Positions 38,421 through 47,741 of a DNA stretch of 64,000 nt are shown here, piece after piece (positions within the stretch are counted from its first letter, which is position 1; each line of letters starts with the position of its first letter). A program made the position numbers and the translations under genes. Below the pieces are notes generated by a model. The model was not told the DNA's origin. It searched no databases and was given only the letters and a program-made list of their open reading frames with translations. The DNA comes from a virus (taxonomy: Duplodnaviria; Caudoviricetes). The stretch covers positions 9,712 to 73,711 of IMG/VR virus record IMGVR_UViG_3300033072_000181; one strand, 5' to 3'.

Positions 38421-38639
38421 TTAATGTAGTTGTTTAATAAGAGCAACTAACTCTTCTGCTGCTTCCTGTACTTGACCTAGCTTATCAGCAGCTTTAGCCT
38501 TAGCTACCTTATTGATTAGCGCAGAATCTAAACCAGCATCTTTAGCATCCTTTAGAATTTCCTTGGAATCTTCGGAAAGAGTAATGATTTCTTCATAAAT
38601 AGGTACTAACTTATTGATAACTTCTTGAGCATTTTGCAT
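38421..38639 (-). CDS. GapR/DUF2312- or T4 DsbA-like small DNA-binding protein
   Basis: EEI..LSED.KEILKDAKDAGLD...I.KV pattern resembles that family. Confidence 0.55.
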   Translation of the reverse strand: MQNAQEVINKLVPIYEEIITLSEDSKEILKDAKDAGLDSALINKVAKAKAADKLGQVQEAAEELVALIKQLH

Positions 38640-38640
38640 A

Positions 38641-38862
38641 TTATTCTCCTTTATGTTTAGTGATGCTATGAACCCACAGATTGATTACACATACAGCTAG
38701 ATATTGTTCTAAGCCATAAGCAATCGTTAGATTAAACAGTGTATTAATAGCCCAAATTACAGCAAATGGGAACATGATAGCTAACATAAAAATACACATT
38801 ACTACAAGTACAAACAATACAGAAGATCGTTCAGATAAATTAACTAGAAATCCTTTAAGCAT
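38641..38862 (-). CDS. Small membrane protein
   Basis: Hydrophobic; PFAVIWAINTLF motif; SD AGGAG. Confidence 0.65.
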   Translation of the reverse strand: MLKGFLVNLSERSSVLFVLVVMCIFMLAIMFPFAVIWAINTLFNLTIAYGLEQYLAVCVINLWVHSITKHKGE

Positions 38863-38919
38863 ATTTTCTCCTTTTAATAATATAAGTGCAAGACTCAGGC
38901 TTATCTTGCTTGTCCAGAT

Positions 38920-38993
38920 CATCCCATACGGTAATTAAGCGTATGCTGGCTGTTCCGTTTATTAGACGGCGTTTATGCTAGTTATAGCGGATG
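38920..38993 (-). ncRNA. Putative 74-nt cloverleaf structured RNA/ssDNA element (not a canonical tRNA)
   Basis: Closing stem CATCC/GGATG with three internal hairpins GCTA/TAGC, CCGT/ACGG, CATACG/CGTATG; intergenic, after ssb. Confidence 0.45.
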
Positions 38994-39006
38994 TTTAGAG
39001 CAGAGG

Positions 39007-39663
39007 TTAGAACGGTAAATCTTCGTCCTCATCATCATCAACTGGTTTAGCCTTAGCTTTTGGCTTAGGTTTATCAGCCTTTTCAGCTTTTGGCTTATCT
39101 TCAGCTTCATCTTCTAGTTCATCATCAAATTCAGAACCAGCCTTATAATCAGAACTCTTGCGTACATATTCGATCATTTCTGTTACCAGTACGTTCTTTA
39201 GATACAGAGAAGTACTGCCGTTAGTACGTTCAAATACATCAACAGAGATAATACCTTTAGAACCGTTAGCAGGTAGCTTAGTAGCTGTTACATCAAGGAG
39301 AGTACTGCCGATCTTCTCATATACCTTCGGCTTGAACTCATCGGGAACAGGCTTACCAGTCTTACCTAGCTCTACTGACTTACGGAGTGTAATAACCCAT
39401 ACGTTCTTACCAGCACCTTCAGGAACAGGACACTTGTAGATATTCTCGAATTCAACTGCCTTCACCTTAGCAATTGAAACCTTAGCATCTACACGCTTTA
39501 GTTCATCTTCAAATTCATCCATCCAATCTTCGTCAGTTACAACAACACCAGCTTTATATTCGTCAGGTTTAACTGGCGCACCGGGTTTCTGAAAAGACTT
39601 AACTGCTTGTTGAACTTGCACATAAACTAGAGTACCACGAATCTTATCAAATTTAAATGTCAT
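39007..39663 (-). CDS. ssb: Single-stranded DNA-binding protein
   Basis: OB-like N-terminus with NGS.G; acidic tail DDDEDEDLPF; replication-module position. Confidence 0.8.
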   Translation of the reverse strand: MTFKFDKIRGTLVYVQVQQAVKSFQKPGAPVKPDEYKAGVVVTDEDWMDEFEDELKRVDAKVSIAKVKAVEFENIYKCPVPEGAGKNVWVITLRKSVELGKTGKPVPDEFKPKVYEKIGSTLLDVTATKLPANGSKGIISVDVFERTNGSTSLYLKNVLVTEMIEYVRKSSDYKAGSEFDDELEDEAEDKPKAEKADKPKPKAKAKPVDDDEDEDLPF

Positions 39664-40241
39664 TTTGACCTCCTATTTTAAGTAATGACTATTAGCATAT
39701 TGCTATTTTATTACGACATAATGTGCTATTTATTACAGCTAGTTATACGGCAGTTTTGTGCTACCGTTACTGCTACTACTACTACTGCTTGCACGACTTT
39801 CTACTGAAACAAGCTAGAAATCTGATTATATCCTAAAGTACCGAAATATACAAGTACTAAGAATAAATAATTTTGTAAAATATTAAACATAGCACCTCCT
39901 TAATCTACTGATATAACACTGAAGTTAGCACATTAATAACTTCAGGTACATCTTTAGTTGGAATCCTAATAGAATTCATTATAACAGAGTTACGCAAGAT
40001 ATACAACACTTCTTTTGTAGTATCATAAAAATACTCTGTTACAGCGGTTGTGTTGTTTTGTGTAATCATTTGCTTACCTTGTTTGTGTAATTATCCGCTT
40101 TTTCTGCAATATTGTCAAGTATTTCTATACTTAATTTATTCGGTGCTGTAACTAACGCTACCCAAATATTACGCAGTTTAGCGAGATACCAAGGAACCTG
40201 CATACTACCAAAAGTATTATACGGTTTTAGATTGTTGAGAT

Positions 40242-40577
40242 TCATTGTTTCATACCTTTAGCAATAAATAAAGCAATTCGAGTACTAATGTGTAATGCTT
40301 TGCGATAGTAACTTTCTTCAGCTTCTGTTTTATCTGCAATACCTAAGGCAGATAGAAGAGTATGAGCCTGTTCTAGTTCTGCTTTAGCTTCATCACGCGC
40401 TTCACAAGCGTATTTGTAGTTGTTCTGGGTATCTTTTAACAGCTTATCTAATTCAAGAATACGTGTTGCATTTTCTTTGCGTAACTTATATAGAGCTTGA
40501 ACTTCCTCTACTGATAATTCTACGTTAATCGTTTCGTACTCTTCTGATTGTACTTGAATAGTAATTGATTCATTCAT
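40242..40577 (-). CDS. Coiled-coil hypothetical protein
   Basis: SD AGGAG; helical. Confidence 0.65.
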   Translation of the reverse strand: MNESITIQVQSEEYETINVELSVEEVQALYKLRKENATRILELDKLLKDTQNNYKYACEARDEAKAELEQAHTLLSALGIADKTEAEESYYRKALHISTRIALFIAKGMKQ

Positions 40578-40588
40578 TGTTATTCTCC

Positions 40589-40777
40589 TTATTCTCCTGT
40601 TTCAATACCTGCTGTACCAACTGTATTACCGTTGGAATCCTTCAGAGGGAATCTTACGTTACCAGCTTGTAGTTTGTCAATAGCTTGGTGAAGAATACTT
40701 ACAAGTTCTGACTCAATATCATACATATCCTCACCGAAAGCTGCGTTGTCTGTATTTACTTTTAGTATGAATTGCAT
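40589..40777 (-). CDS. Hypothetical protein
   Basis: MQFILKVNTDNAAF...LKDSNGNTVG; SD AGGAG. Confidence 0.65.
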   Translation of the reverse strand: MQFILKVNTDNAAFGEDMYDIESELVSILHQAIDKLQAGNVRFPLKDSNGNTVGTAGIETGE

Positions 40778-40787
40778 TTGTGGCTCC

Positions 40788-41750
40788 TTAGTGAATTTCT
40801 GCTGCATTATTACCTACTTTGTACTCGCCGTCAAGTATTTTGTTGATTCCAGTTACAGAAGACCATGAATCACCTCTGCAAATACTAGATACTGTACACT
40901 GAGTAATGTTAAAAGTAGCAGCAATATCTTTCTGTTTAAACCCTTGGTCATACATAGAAACAATTTCTAATACATTTTCAGGTGAAAGTTTAGCTGATGG
41001 ATTCTTCTCCGGTTGCTTTCTTAGATCATTATTAATGTTATCTAAGTAGTACATAGCTTTAGTATAGAGAGTATCTTTACAGGGTGCAGTCTTATTTGGT
41101 CGATCCCCATAATATCTTTCAGATGCGTCATCATAAACTTTAGCTACAGACTTTTCATCACTGTACGTACCAAGATAAATACGTTCTTCATCTATTTTAA
41201 TAGAGGCTGAAATGCTTAAATCTTTGTTTATAGAACCACCTATAATACTCAATAGAGTTCCTTCCTTCTTCCTACGCATGTGTCCTTGAAAATGTCTGGT
41301 ATCCCAAGCACAGTTTTCTTTACAGTAGTTCCCATCATTATTCCTTCTGTTTATTGTCAAATCATCAGAGTACCCATATTGCATGTCTTCCCAGAAACCT
41401 TCAAATGTTTTCCATTTATCGCAGTAAGTAACACCCCGACCACCATAGTAATCATAGAACTTATTATTCTTACAATCACATCTAGTTTTCATGTCTGCCC
41501 AGATTTGGTACTGTCTGGAATTATACATACCATGAGATACCTTTTGTTCCATATCTAAACAACCACAAGACTTAGTTTTACCTGTAGTAAGTTGATTAAA
41601 AAGATAAGATTTTGGTTCTGATCCGCAAGAACATTGTGCTAAGAATTTACGCCTTGTTTCTCCAGATGGGTAGATGTGCTTATCAACCTCCTTAATAATA
41701 GTAAGTCTATTAAACACATCACCCTCTTTAACACTTAATTGTTTAGCCAT
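40788..41750 (-). CDS. Free-standing homing-endonuclease-like protein (His-Me/HNH + AP2 + HTH)
   Basis: FNRLTII...CSCG...SCGC; YGGRGV...LTINRRNNDGNYCKENCAW; IYLGTY AP2-like; NPSAKLS HTH. Confidence 0.82.
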   Translation of the reverse strand: MAKQLSVKEGDVFNRLTIIKEVDKHIYPSGETRRKFLAQCSCGSEPKSYLFNQLTTGKTKSCGCLDMEQKVSHGMYNSRQYQIWADMKTRCDCKNNKFYDYYGGRGVTYCDKWKTFEGFWEDMQYGYSDDLTINRRNNDGNYCKENCAWDTRHFQGHMRRKKEGTLLSIIGGSINKDLSISASIKIDEERIYLGTYSDEKSVAKVYDDASERYYGDRPNKTAPCKDTLYTKAMYYLDNINNDLRKQPEKNPSAKLSPENVLEIVSMYDQGFKQKDIAATFNITQCTVSSICRGDSWSSVTGINKILDGEYKVGNNAAEIH

Positions 41751-41771
41751 ATAACCTCCTATTGAAAGTTA

Positions 41772-41806
41772 TATTATACACTAATATTTACCTATTTAAA
41801 AGTAAT
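41772..41806 (-). promoter_or_regulatory. Phage-class promoter ATTACTTT-N20-TATAATA (copy 5), upstream of the endonuclease
   Basis: Exact motif and spacing on the minus strand. Confidence 0.75.
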
Positions 41807-41818
41807 AATGCTGAAACA

Positions 41819-42076
41819 TCAGTGACAACCTGCCCAATTCTTGTGAATAATATAACCTGCTGTTAATTCAACATTAAGTTTGTAGTATTCACCAGCTTCT
41901 GTCACAGATTTTGTAGCTAAGACACCTGCTTCAGAATAGGCACAGTAATAACCTTTATCTGTATGTGCAATATCACTCCAATTATGATTACTCTTCTTGA
42001 ACTCTTTAGCTTCATTCTCTGTGTTAAACATCTTAAACTTAACTAAATCTTTTGTCAATTCTGACTGCGCTTCATC
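41819..42076 (-). CDS. polA: DNA polymerase family A, exon 2
   Basis: Starts DEAQSE, completing motif C (H-DE); ends LTAGYIIHKNWAGCH, a typical T7-type polymerase terminus. Confidence 0.9.
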   Translation of the reverse strand, partial: DEAQSELTKDLVKFKMFNTENEAKEFKKSNHNWSDIAHTDKGYYCAYSEAGVLATKSVTEAGEYYKLNVELTAGYIIHKNWAGCH

Positions 42077-42331
42077 CAACTGTTCAAGTAGTTCGTTAAG
42101 CTACCCTGCAACATTACTTGCTACCTAACGGTTTCCCGCAGGATCGGACTATATCACGGACTATTAAAGTCCCCTGCTATTTCGACTGCACTTGCAGCCT
42201 ACGCCTTACGGCTAGTCTCTGAAGGTTCCTATTTCTAGGCTTCCCTGCTGATTGGCATGTCTTTCGATTTAGCTTTCCAGCAATTAAACAGGTTATTCAA
42301 TGTACCTCACGGCACAAGGCCACAATTACTT
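42077..42331 (-). mobile_element. ORF-less group I intron (255 nt) in polymerase motif C
   Basis: P1 CCAT|AA-GTAA-TTGTGG with U-G wobble; TTGCTGGAAA...GCCAATCAGCAGGGAAG; CAGAGACTA / GATATAGTC P7; terminal G; splicing gives IAYH-DEAQ. Confidence 0.93.
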
Positions 42332-44386
42332 ATGGTACGCAATCATTTGTTGGCAGAATGACTTAGATTTCCAATCATCTTTAAATAGATCAACAATTAA
42401 GCCTTTCTCCCTTAACTTTCTATCATGGATAACCATAGCTCGTTTAGCACATATTACACCTGCACTTTGGAAGGCTGTATTAATAACATTACCTTTACTT
42501 CTGACAGGTAGCTTACGTTTATCTAAACCCAACAAGAATTTCTTCTGACCAGTTGTTTCCCAATACTTCTGCATATTCTCTTTTAACTCTTTTAGAGGTG
42601 ATGCTTTATCCCAAAAAGCGTCAAAGATAACTTGAGCGGTATCTAAGTCACAACCTACAATCTTACTGACACGTTTTGGTTGAGCATTGTAACTACAACC
42701 ATACTTTACACTCTTAGCAGTACCACGAGGAAACTCCTTACCAATAATACCTGTAATATACTTAGCTAAAACTGTATGGCAATCATTAGGTTTCTCTGCT
42801 GTAAGACTGATCCCGTACTCTGGGCCTCCTTTATATTTATGAACATAATGGCTCTCGATTTTAGCCTCAAGTGAGTCAAAGTCATAACCCATCTGATAAT
42901 ATCCATCAGCACACCCAAACAATGCTCTCATCTTATCTCCATAGAGAGAGGTTGTACGAGGAATATTACAGACTAACCTATGTTTAAATCTAGATGTTCC
43001 AGCATCACAAGTACCAGCAGGAGTAGGAATACGGCCATCATCACGAATATTAGCTAAGAAACCTTTCTCTGCTTCTTCGTCATCATCTGGATCAAAGCCA
43101 CCACCCAAAATGCTATTACGTCTATGGTTATAAGTTAGAAATTCTACAATCTTTTTAGTATGCGGAAACTCTTTTTCTAATTGTACCAATGTAGGATCAA
43201 TCTCTTTATCTTGACCAATTGTAAATGTAGGATTAGTCAAGACCTTTACAGGTTTAGAAATATCTTTCGCTAACAATGAACGCAACAGATTACCTTTTGT
43301 AGTTCCAACATGATCTAGCCTATCCCTACAGAAAGCACTAGCTAGTGTTTGTTCTACGTATTTAACAACAGCTTTCTCGTATGTTTCCTTATCAACTTTT
43401 TGTTTCTTAGCATTAACTGTTAAATCTCGTTCTTTATACTGAGTAGGACTCCATCCAAAATGACTAACTAACCATTCCTTAATATGTGTTGTATCTTTCA
43501 GCGTAGCCTTCTCGTGAGTAATCAAAGGTTCTGTGGGGAGAGGTAACTTACGTTCTTCACCGAATAAATATACTGTCCTGTCATCAATAAAATAACCTGA
43601 GTGTTTTTCTACAAAGTTTTTAATATGATGATTAGGAAGTCCTGATTTTAGAAACTGAGTGTTAGGTGGGGTATAAAGTTTAGCATTAGTCTTAGATAAA
43701 GGCTTCTCTGGAATAACTGGTTCAACTTCTGCTTTAATAGTTTCAATCTTTTCATCTAAGTCTTTAACTAAACTAACAGCTAGTTTAGAATCAAACATAA
43801 AACCCCTATGCTCCTGCCTAGTGATGATCTCTGCTACAGCTTTCTCAAGTTTAATAGCTTCATCCCAAGGCCAATCACCTTTCTCTTTTAGTAAGTGCAG
43901 ATATACTTTCTCTGTCAGATTAACGTCTTGGATACAGTATGTTTTCATTTCTTCAGTATATTTACTAAAGTCATGGAAATCAATCTTAGCAGAACCTAAA
44001 CGCTTACCCCAAGACTCTAGACTATGACCTCCTAGACGGTCAGGATTAAGTACTTTAGATAAAACCATAGTATCTACAATCTCAACATCTTTACCGTTGA
44101 TTGTATCTGGCTCTACTGTGTAATCCATTCCAGTATATAGCTTAATGACCAACATATCATAGTTAATACCGTTGTGCGTAATCACTGTAGTAGCTTGCTT
44201 ATAAAACTCAACAAACTTAGTCTTGATATCATCTTCTTCAAACGTATAAACCTTACCTGTATCAATATCCTTACAGACGATTAACCATATTCTAAATGAT
44301 TCTTTCAGCTTGTAAGGCGAAGCTGTATAGTCAATACTTTCGTTGTTTAGCAAGTTGTTTGCTTCAATGTCTAGAACAATACGCAT
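42332..44386 (-). CDS. polA: DNA polymerase family A with 3'-5' exonuclease, exon 1
   Basis: VLDIEAN exonuclease motif; YDFDSLEAKI motif A; AKSVKYG motif B; NTAFQSAG; spliced product about 770 aa. Confidence 0.95.
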
Positions 44387-44410
44387 ATACCCTCCGTTGT
44401 TAGTGAAGAG

Positions 44411-44439
44411 AGTATAAGCGTACCGTACTCTCTTGTCAA
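44411..44439 (-). promoter_or_regulatory. sigma70-type promoter for polA
   Basis: TTGACA-N17-TATACT. Confidence 0.75.
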
Positions 44440-44440
44440 G

Positions 44441-46069
44441 TTAGAAACTAAGAGTTTCAGTATTAAACTCATCCTGCGCCAGCACTACTTCCCACGTTTC
44501 CTCGTTAATCTTGAACTCATCACAAACCCCTAGATAACCCCACGGACGGTTCTTTAGCACAGTCAAACGGACATTCCCACGGCTGCGATCTGGCATAATC
44601 TGAGGTTCTAAGCCTAGAATAATAAAACTCAACTGTTCTAAGCTAGAGCTACCACGCATAGATTCTTTTGTTACCTGTACCCAATAAGGTTCATCTTGTT
44701 CTTTACCTTTCGGTGCTTGGAACTGACTAGCTCCACTACGATTAATGTGAGATACAGCGATTACACATACATCATTAGCAGCACAGAAGGCAGCTAGTTC
44801 TGTCATAACAATATCAAGTTGTTTGCGCTCGTTATCTGTTTCTAAGCCACTGATAACCATTGACAAGTGATCAAGCATAATATACTTGCAACCTTCTACT
44901 AAGTGCATATGCTTAATCTTTGACATAAGCTCAGATACAGGTAAAGAACCAAAGTGACTCAACATAACTAAACGATCATTATTAACGATATCTTCATAGG
45001 CTTCTTGAATCTGCTCCATCGTGCTGCATTCTAACGGCTTATCCTTGAACTTCAGATAATTAACTTTTAGCTTAGAGGCTACTAATCGTTGCATAGTTTC
45101 TTTGTTAGTTTCTTCTAGGTAGATCATACCAATCTTCTCTCCAGCATCTACGAAAGCATTAGCAAACAACGATAGTACAGTTGATTTACCTGTATTGCTA
45201 GGACTTGTAAGTAGGCATAATTCGCGTGTCCTGAAGCCATGAATCTTTTCCATCAGCTTAGGGAATGCTTCTACATAGATACCTTCTGGACGAGGTTCTA
45301 GTAGCTCTTCTAATGAGATTTCATGTGCCTTAACAATCTTCTCTGCTGAATATGCACGCTTACCAAATTGAACAAGTTTAGCTAGCTCTGTTGATTTATT
45401 AGCTTGTAGATAGTCAGAAGCATCCTTGAAGCCTTCATCTGGAGAAACTGTAGTCAGAGCAATGCCTGTACCAACAAAAGCATTAGCTACAGCTTCACGA
45501 GCCTCGTGACCCTTCATAACCCCAGCTTTAGTCTCTTTAGGTGTACAATAGTCATCATCAAAGAAAATAGTCAAAGAATCGTGAGACTTAACATATTCTT
45601 CGTTGTGTAGAATGGCTTCCACAGCATTAGCTGTACCTAAAGGAATACTGACAACGAATGGTTCTAGATTCTCATACTTAGTACCTTTAACACTATCTAC
45701 TAACGCTTGAAAACAGCTAACAGTGTCCCACTGGCCCTCTGTGATTGTTAGATTACTACGCTTACGGTTAATACCTTCTGCTACATTCTGACCAAAGAGT
45801 TTATTGCCAATAGTCACAGCACCAACTGTACTCCAGTGACCACGTTCTTCTTTAGATTTAGTAATATCTTGCTTAGAATAACCAACGATCTTACCCTTCT
45901 GGTTGTAAGATGGAAAATAATAAGCTACAACTGTCTCACCATCAATCTCTGACATACCAGCACGAATACCGAAACGCTCGCAGATTTCTTTACGAATATT
46001 ACGATCTTCTGCGGCTACATAAGGGTATTTTTGAATATCCTCAATTGTTTCTTTGTTATGAATATCCAT
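44441..46069 (-). CDS. Primase-helicase (T7 gp4-like)
   Basis: TOPRIM ITEGQWD and FFDDD; Walker A SPSNTGKST; LDHLS, VSHINR, RGSSSLEQLS, VLKNRPWG; likely start MDIHN. Confidence 0.92.
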   Translation of the reverse strand: MDIHNKETIEDIQKYPYVAAEDRNIRKEICERFGIRAGMSEIDGETVVAYYFPSYNQKGKIVGYSKQDITKSKEERGHWSTVGAVTIGNKLFGQNVAEGINRKRSNLTITEGQWDTVSCFQALVDSVKGTKYENLEPFVVSIPLGTANAVEAILHNEEYVKSHDSLTIFFDDDYCTPKETKAGVMKGHEAREAVANAFVGTGIALTTVSPDEGFKDASDYLQANKSTELAKLVQFGKRAYSAEKIVKAHEISLEELLEPRPEGIYVEAFPKLMEKIHGFRTRELCLLTSPSNTGKSTVLSLFANAFVDAGEKIGMIYLEETNKETMQRLVASKLKVNYLKFKDKPLECSTMEQIQEAYEDIVNNDRLVMLSHFGSLPVSELMSKIKHMHLVEGCKYIMLDHLSMVISGLETDNERKQLDIVMTELAAFCAANDVCVIAVSHINRSGASQFQAPKGKEQDEPYWVQVTKESMRGSSSLEQLSFIILGLEPQIMPDRSRGNVRLTVLKNRPWGYLGVCDEFKINEETWEVVLAQDEFNTETLSF

Positions 46070-46121
46070 AAATTCTTCTCCTTTGTTAGACTTCTTCTTG
46101 AAATAGCCCACTGGTTTCTCC

Positions 46122-47123
46122 TTACTTCTGCTTAATCAAATATTTATTAGAAATTACCTTAAAGCTGTATCGTTCTTCTGTATTCGCTTTATATACAACA
46201 CCCTCTTGCTCCGTGTTATATAATTCAGACGTACCTTCAGCTAAAGCCAGTAGCTTATCACAAGTTTCTTCTAAAGGTAAGTAAAATTCAGTGTGTTTGA
46301 CTGGAACATGAAGTAGCTCCAAATCATTACATAGTTTACGTACTTCTGAAGGAGTAGCATAACGCTGTTCGTCAATGAAGTAAATATCATATACATATAA
46401 ACGTACATCATTAAACTTATAAATATTACCTTGAATACCACTACCAACTTGCTCACCTTGGATAACTAAATTAATGTTAAGTTTTGTTAATTTTTCTTGC
46501 AGATTATATTTACGTGCAGTATTCCAAAACGTACCGTCAGGAGAATCTTTTAGTTCTAGGTTACGTGAGCAAACACCAAATGTTGAATTATCATAATAAG
46601 CCGAGAATGATTGACCTTCTAACTTCTCTGTAACTTCGTAGGATACTCCTAGTTTTGGTTTAGAGATATTCTGGATACGTTCTTGATCTGTCTTAGGGAA
46701 GAAAGCAGGGAAATTACCTTTAGCATCACTACTTGAAAAACCAACAGGAGGCTCCCATTTCTGGATACCTAAGGCTTCGGATACATCATTACCTTCTGTT
46801 AATTCAACAGATAAATCTTTAATCAAATCAACTGGTAGAATCAACCCTTGAGATAATTGACCACGTAGCTTAATAGTTTTTAAGCGTTCTCCTTGTACTC
46901 CATTGTATTCTTTTGGGGAATGACCAGACTTAGTAAGAAATGGTGCTACTTCTGTTGGGATAAAACTATCAATCTCACAATATACGCACAATGAACCAAC
47001 AGAATATTCACCCTTCTTAACAACAACTTTCCATCCTCCAATACGAGCAATCTCAATAAGGTCTGCTCCTTCAATTGGTAGTAATTCTTCAATAATACGA
47101 ATACTTGCCATTTTACGTGTCAT
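46122..47123 (-). CDS. RNA ligase (Rnl2-like, DRB0094 type)
   Basis: RKMASIRII...CVYCEID; TEKLEGQS motif I; EGVVYK; FKVISNKYL. Confidence 0.88.
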   Translation of the reverse strand: MTRKMASIRIIEELLPIEGADLIEIARIGGWKVVVKKGEYSVGSLCVYCEIDSFIPTEVAPFLTKSGHSPKEYNGVQGERLKTIKLRGQLSQGLILPVDLIKDLSVELTEGNDVSEALGIQKWEPPVGFSSSDAKGNFPAFFPKTDQERIQNISKPKLGVSYEVTEKLEGQSFSAYYDNSTFGVCSRNLELKDSPDGTFWNTARKYNLQEKLTKLNINLVIQGEQVGSGIQGNIYKFNDVRLYVYDIYFIDEQRYATPSEVRKLCNDLELLHVPVKHTEFYLPLEETCDKLLALAEGTSELYNTEQEGVVYKANTEERYSFKVISNKYLIKQK

Positions 47124-47187
47124 GCTTATTCTCCTTGTGTAATATAACTGATAGAACGACTATATACTAACACTACATAAATAGCAA

Positions 47188-47212
47188 TAGTTTTACAGTC
47201 TTACAGTATTTA
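47188..47212 (-). repeat. 3 degenerate TAA-initiated 8-9-bp repeats starting at the thioredoxin stop
   Basis: Minus strand TAAATACTG TAAGACTG TAAAACTA. Confidence 0.55.
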
Positions 47213-47497
47213 ACCAACATTCAAACTATCATTCAAACCATCAATAATCTCTGTAATTTGACTAGCGGTAGCACTCCCTACATGCCTGTGTAATTCATTA
47301 CCGCTATCATCAATAAAAACTAAAGTTGGTACTGACCGAATACGATACTGACTAGCTACAATCATATCATCGTCATCGTCTAAGTTAAATTCATCTAATG
47401 AAGTATTCATACTGGAAAAATCAATCTTCTTCAGCTCTACTGCTAGATTACCACACGGTACGCACCAAGGTGCACCAAACTTTAAAATATTAATCAT
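47210..47497 (-). CDS. Thioredoxin
   Basis: FGAPWCVPC active site; IRSVPT cis-Pro. Confidence 0.9.
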   Translation of the reverse strand: MINILKFGAPWCVPCGNLAVELKKIDFSSMNTSLDEFNLDDDDDMIVASQYRIRSVPTLVFIDDSGNELHRHVGSATASQITEIIDGLNDSLNVG

Positions 47498-47739
47498 ACA
47501 TTCTCCTTATTCTGTAGTTTTACAATGAATTGCTTGTGTACAATATGCCGTAGCACTTGAATATCTCTCGTAATAGTATTGCGTACTTGCTGATCTACAA
47601 TATAGTAATTATTATTATATTTAGCAATAACAGTTACTTTAGTGGGAGGTAATCCGGCTTGTAACATCATAGCATCAAACGGGTATTCCGTACTAATACA
47701 ATCACAGGATAAATCTAGTTCTAATTGTTCGTATTTCAT
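47494..47739 (-). CDS. Hypothetical protein
   Basis: Overlapping-operon context. Confidence 0.55.
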   Translation of the reverse strand: MKYEQLELDLSCDCISTEYPFDAMMLQAGLPPTKVTVIAKYNNNYYIVDQQVRNTITRDIQVLRHIVHKQFIVKLQNKENV

Positions 47740-47741
47740 AT

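Noticed and set aside
38970-38985. ATAACTAGCATAA match to the sequence preceding the T7 Tphi terminator
   Set aside because: Short match with no T7-type hairpin or U-tract and no T7 RNA polymerase; likely coincidence.
38920-38993. Canonical tRNA gene
   Set aside because: No GTTCRA T-loop, no D-loop GG, closing stem only 5 bp, no CCA; kept only as a tRNA-like candidate.
39700-39890. Possible ORF with in-frame TAG and (GTA)n run upstream of ssb
   Set aside because: A 29-aa hydrophobic ORF ends normally, the downstream frames are ambiguous low-complexity sequence, and there is no evidence for a split gene.
42300-42548. Plus-strand 82-aa ORF and the TTG-started 41819-42079 ORF as independent genes
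   Set aside because: The first is antisense to polA; the second is polA exon 2.
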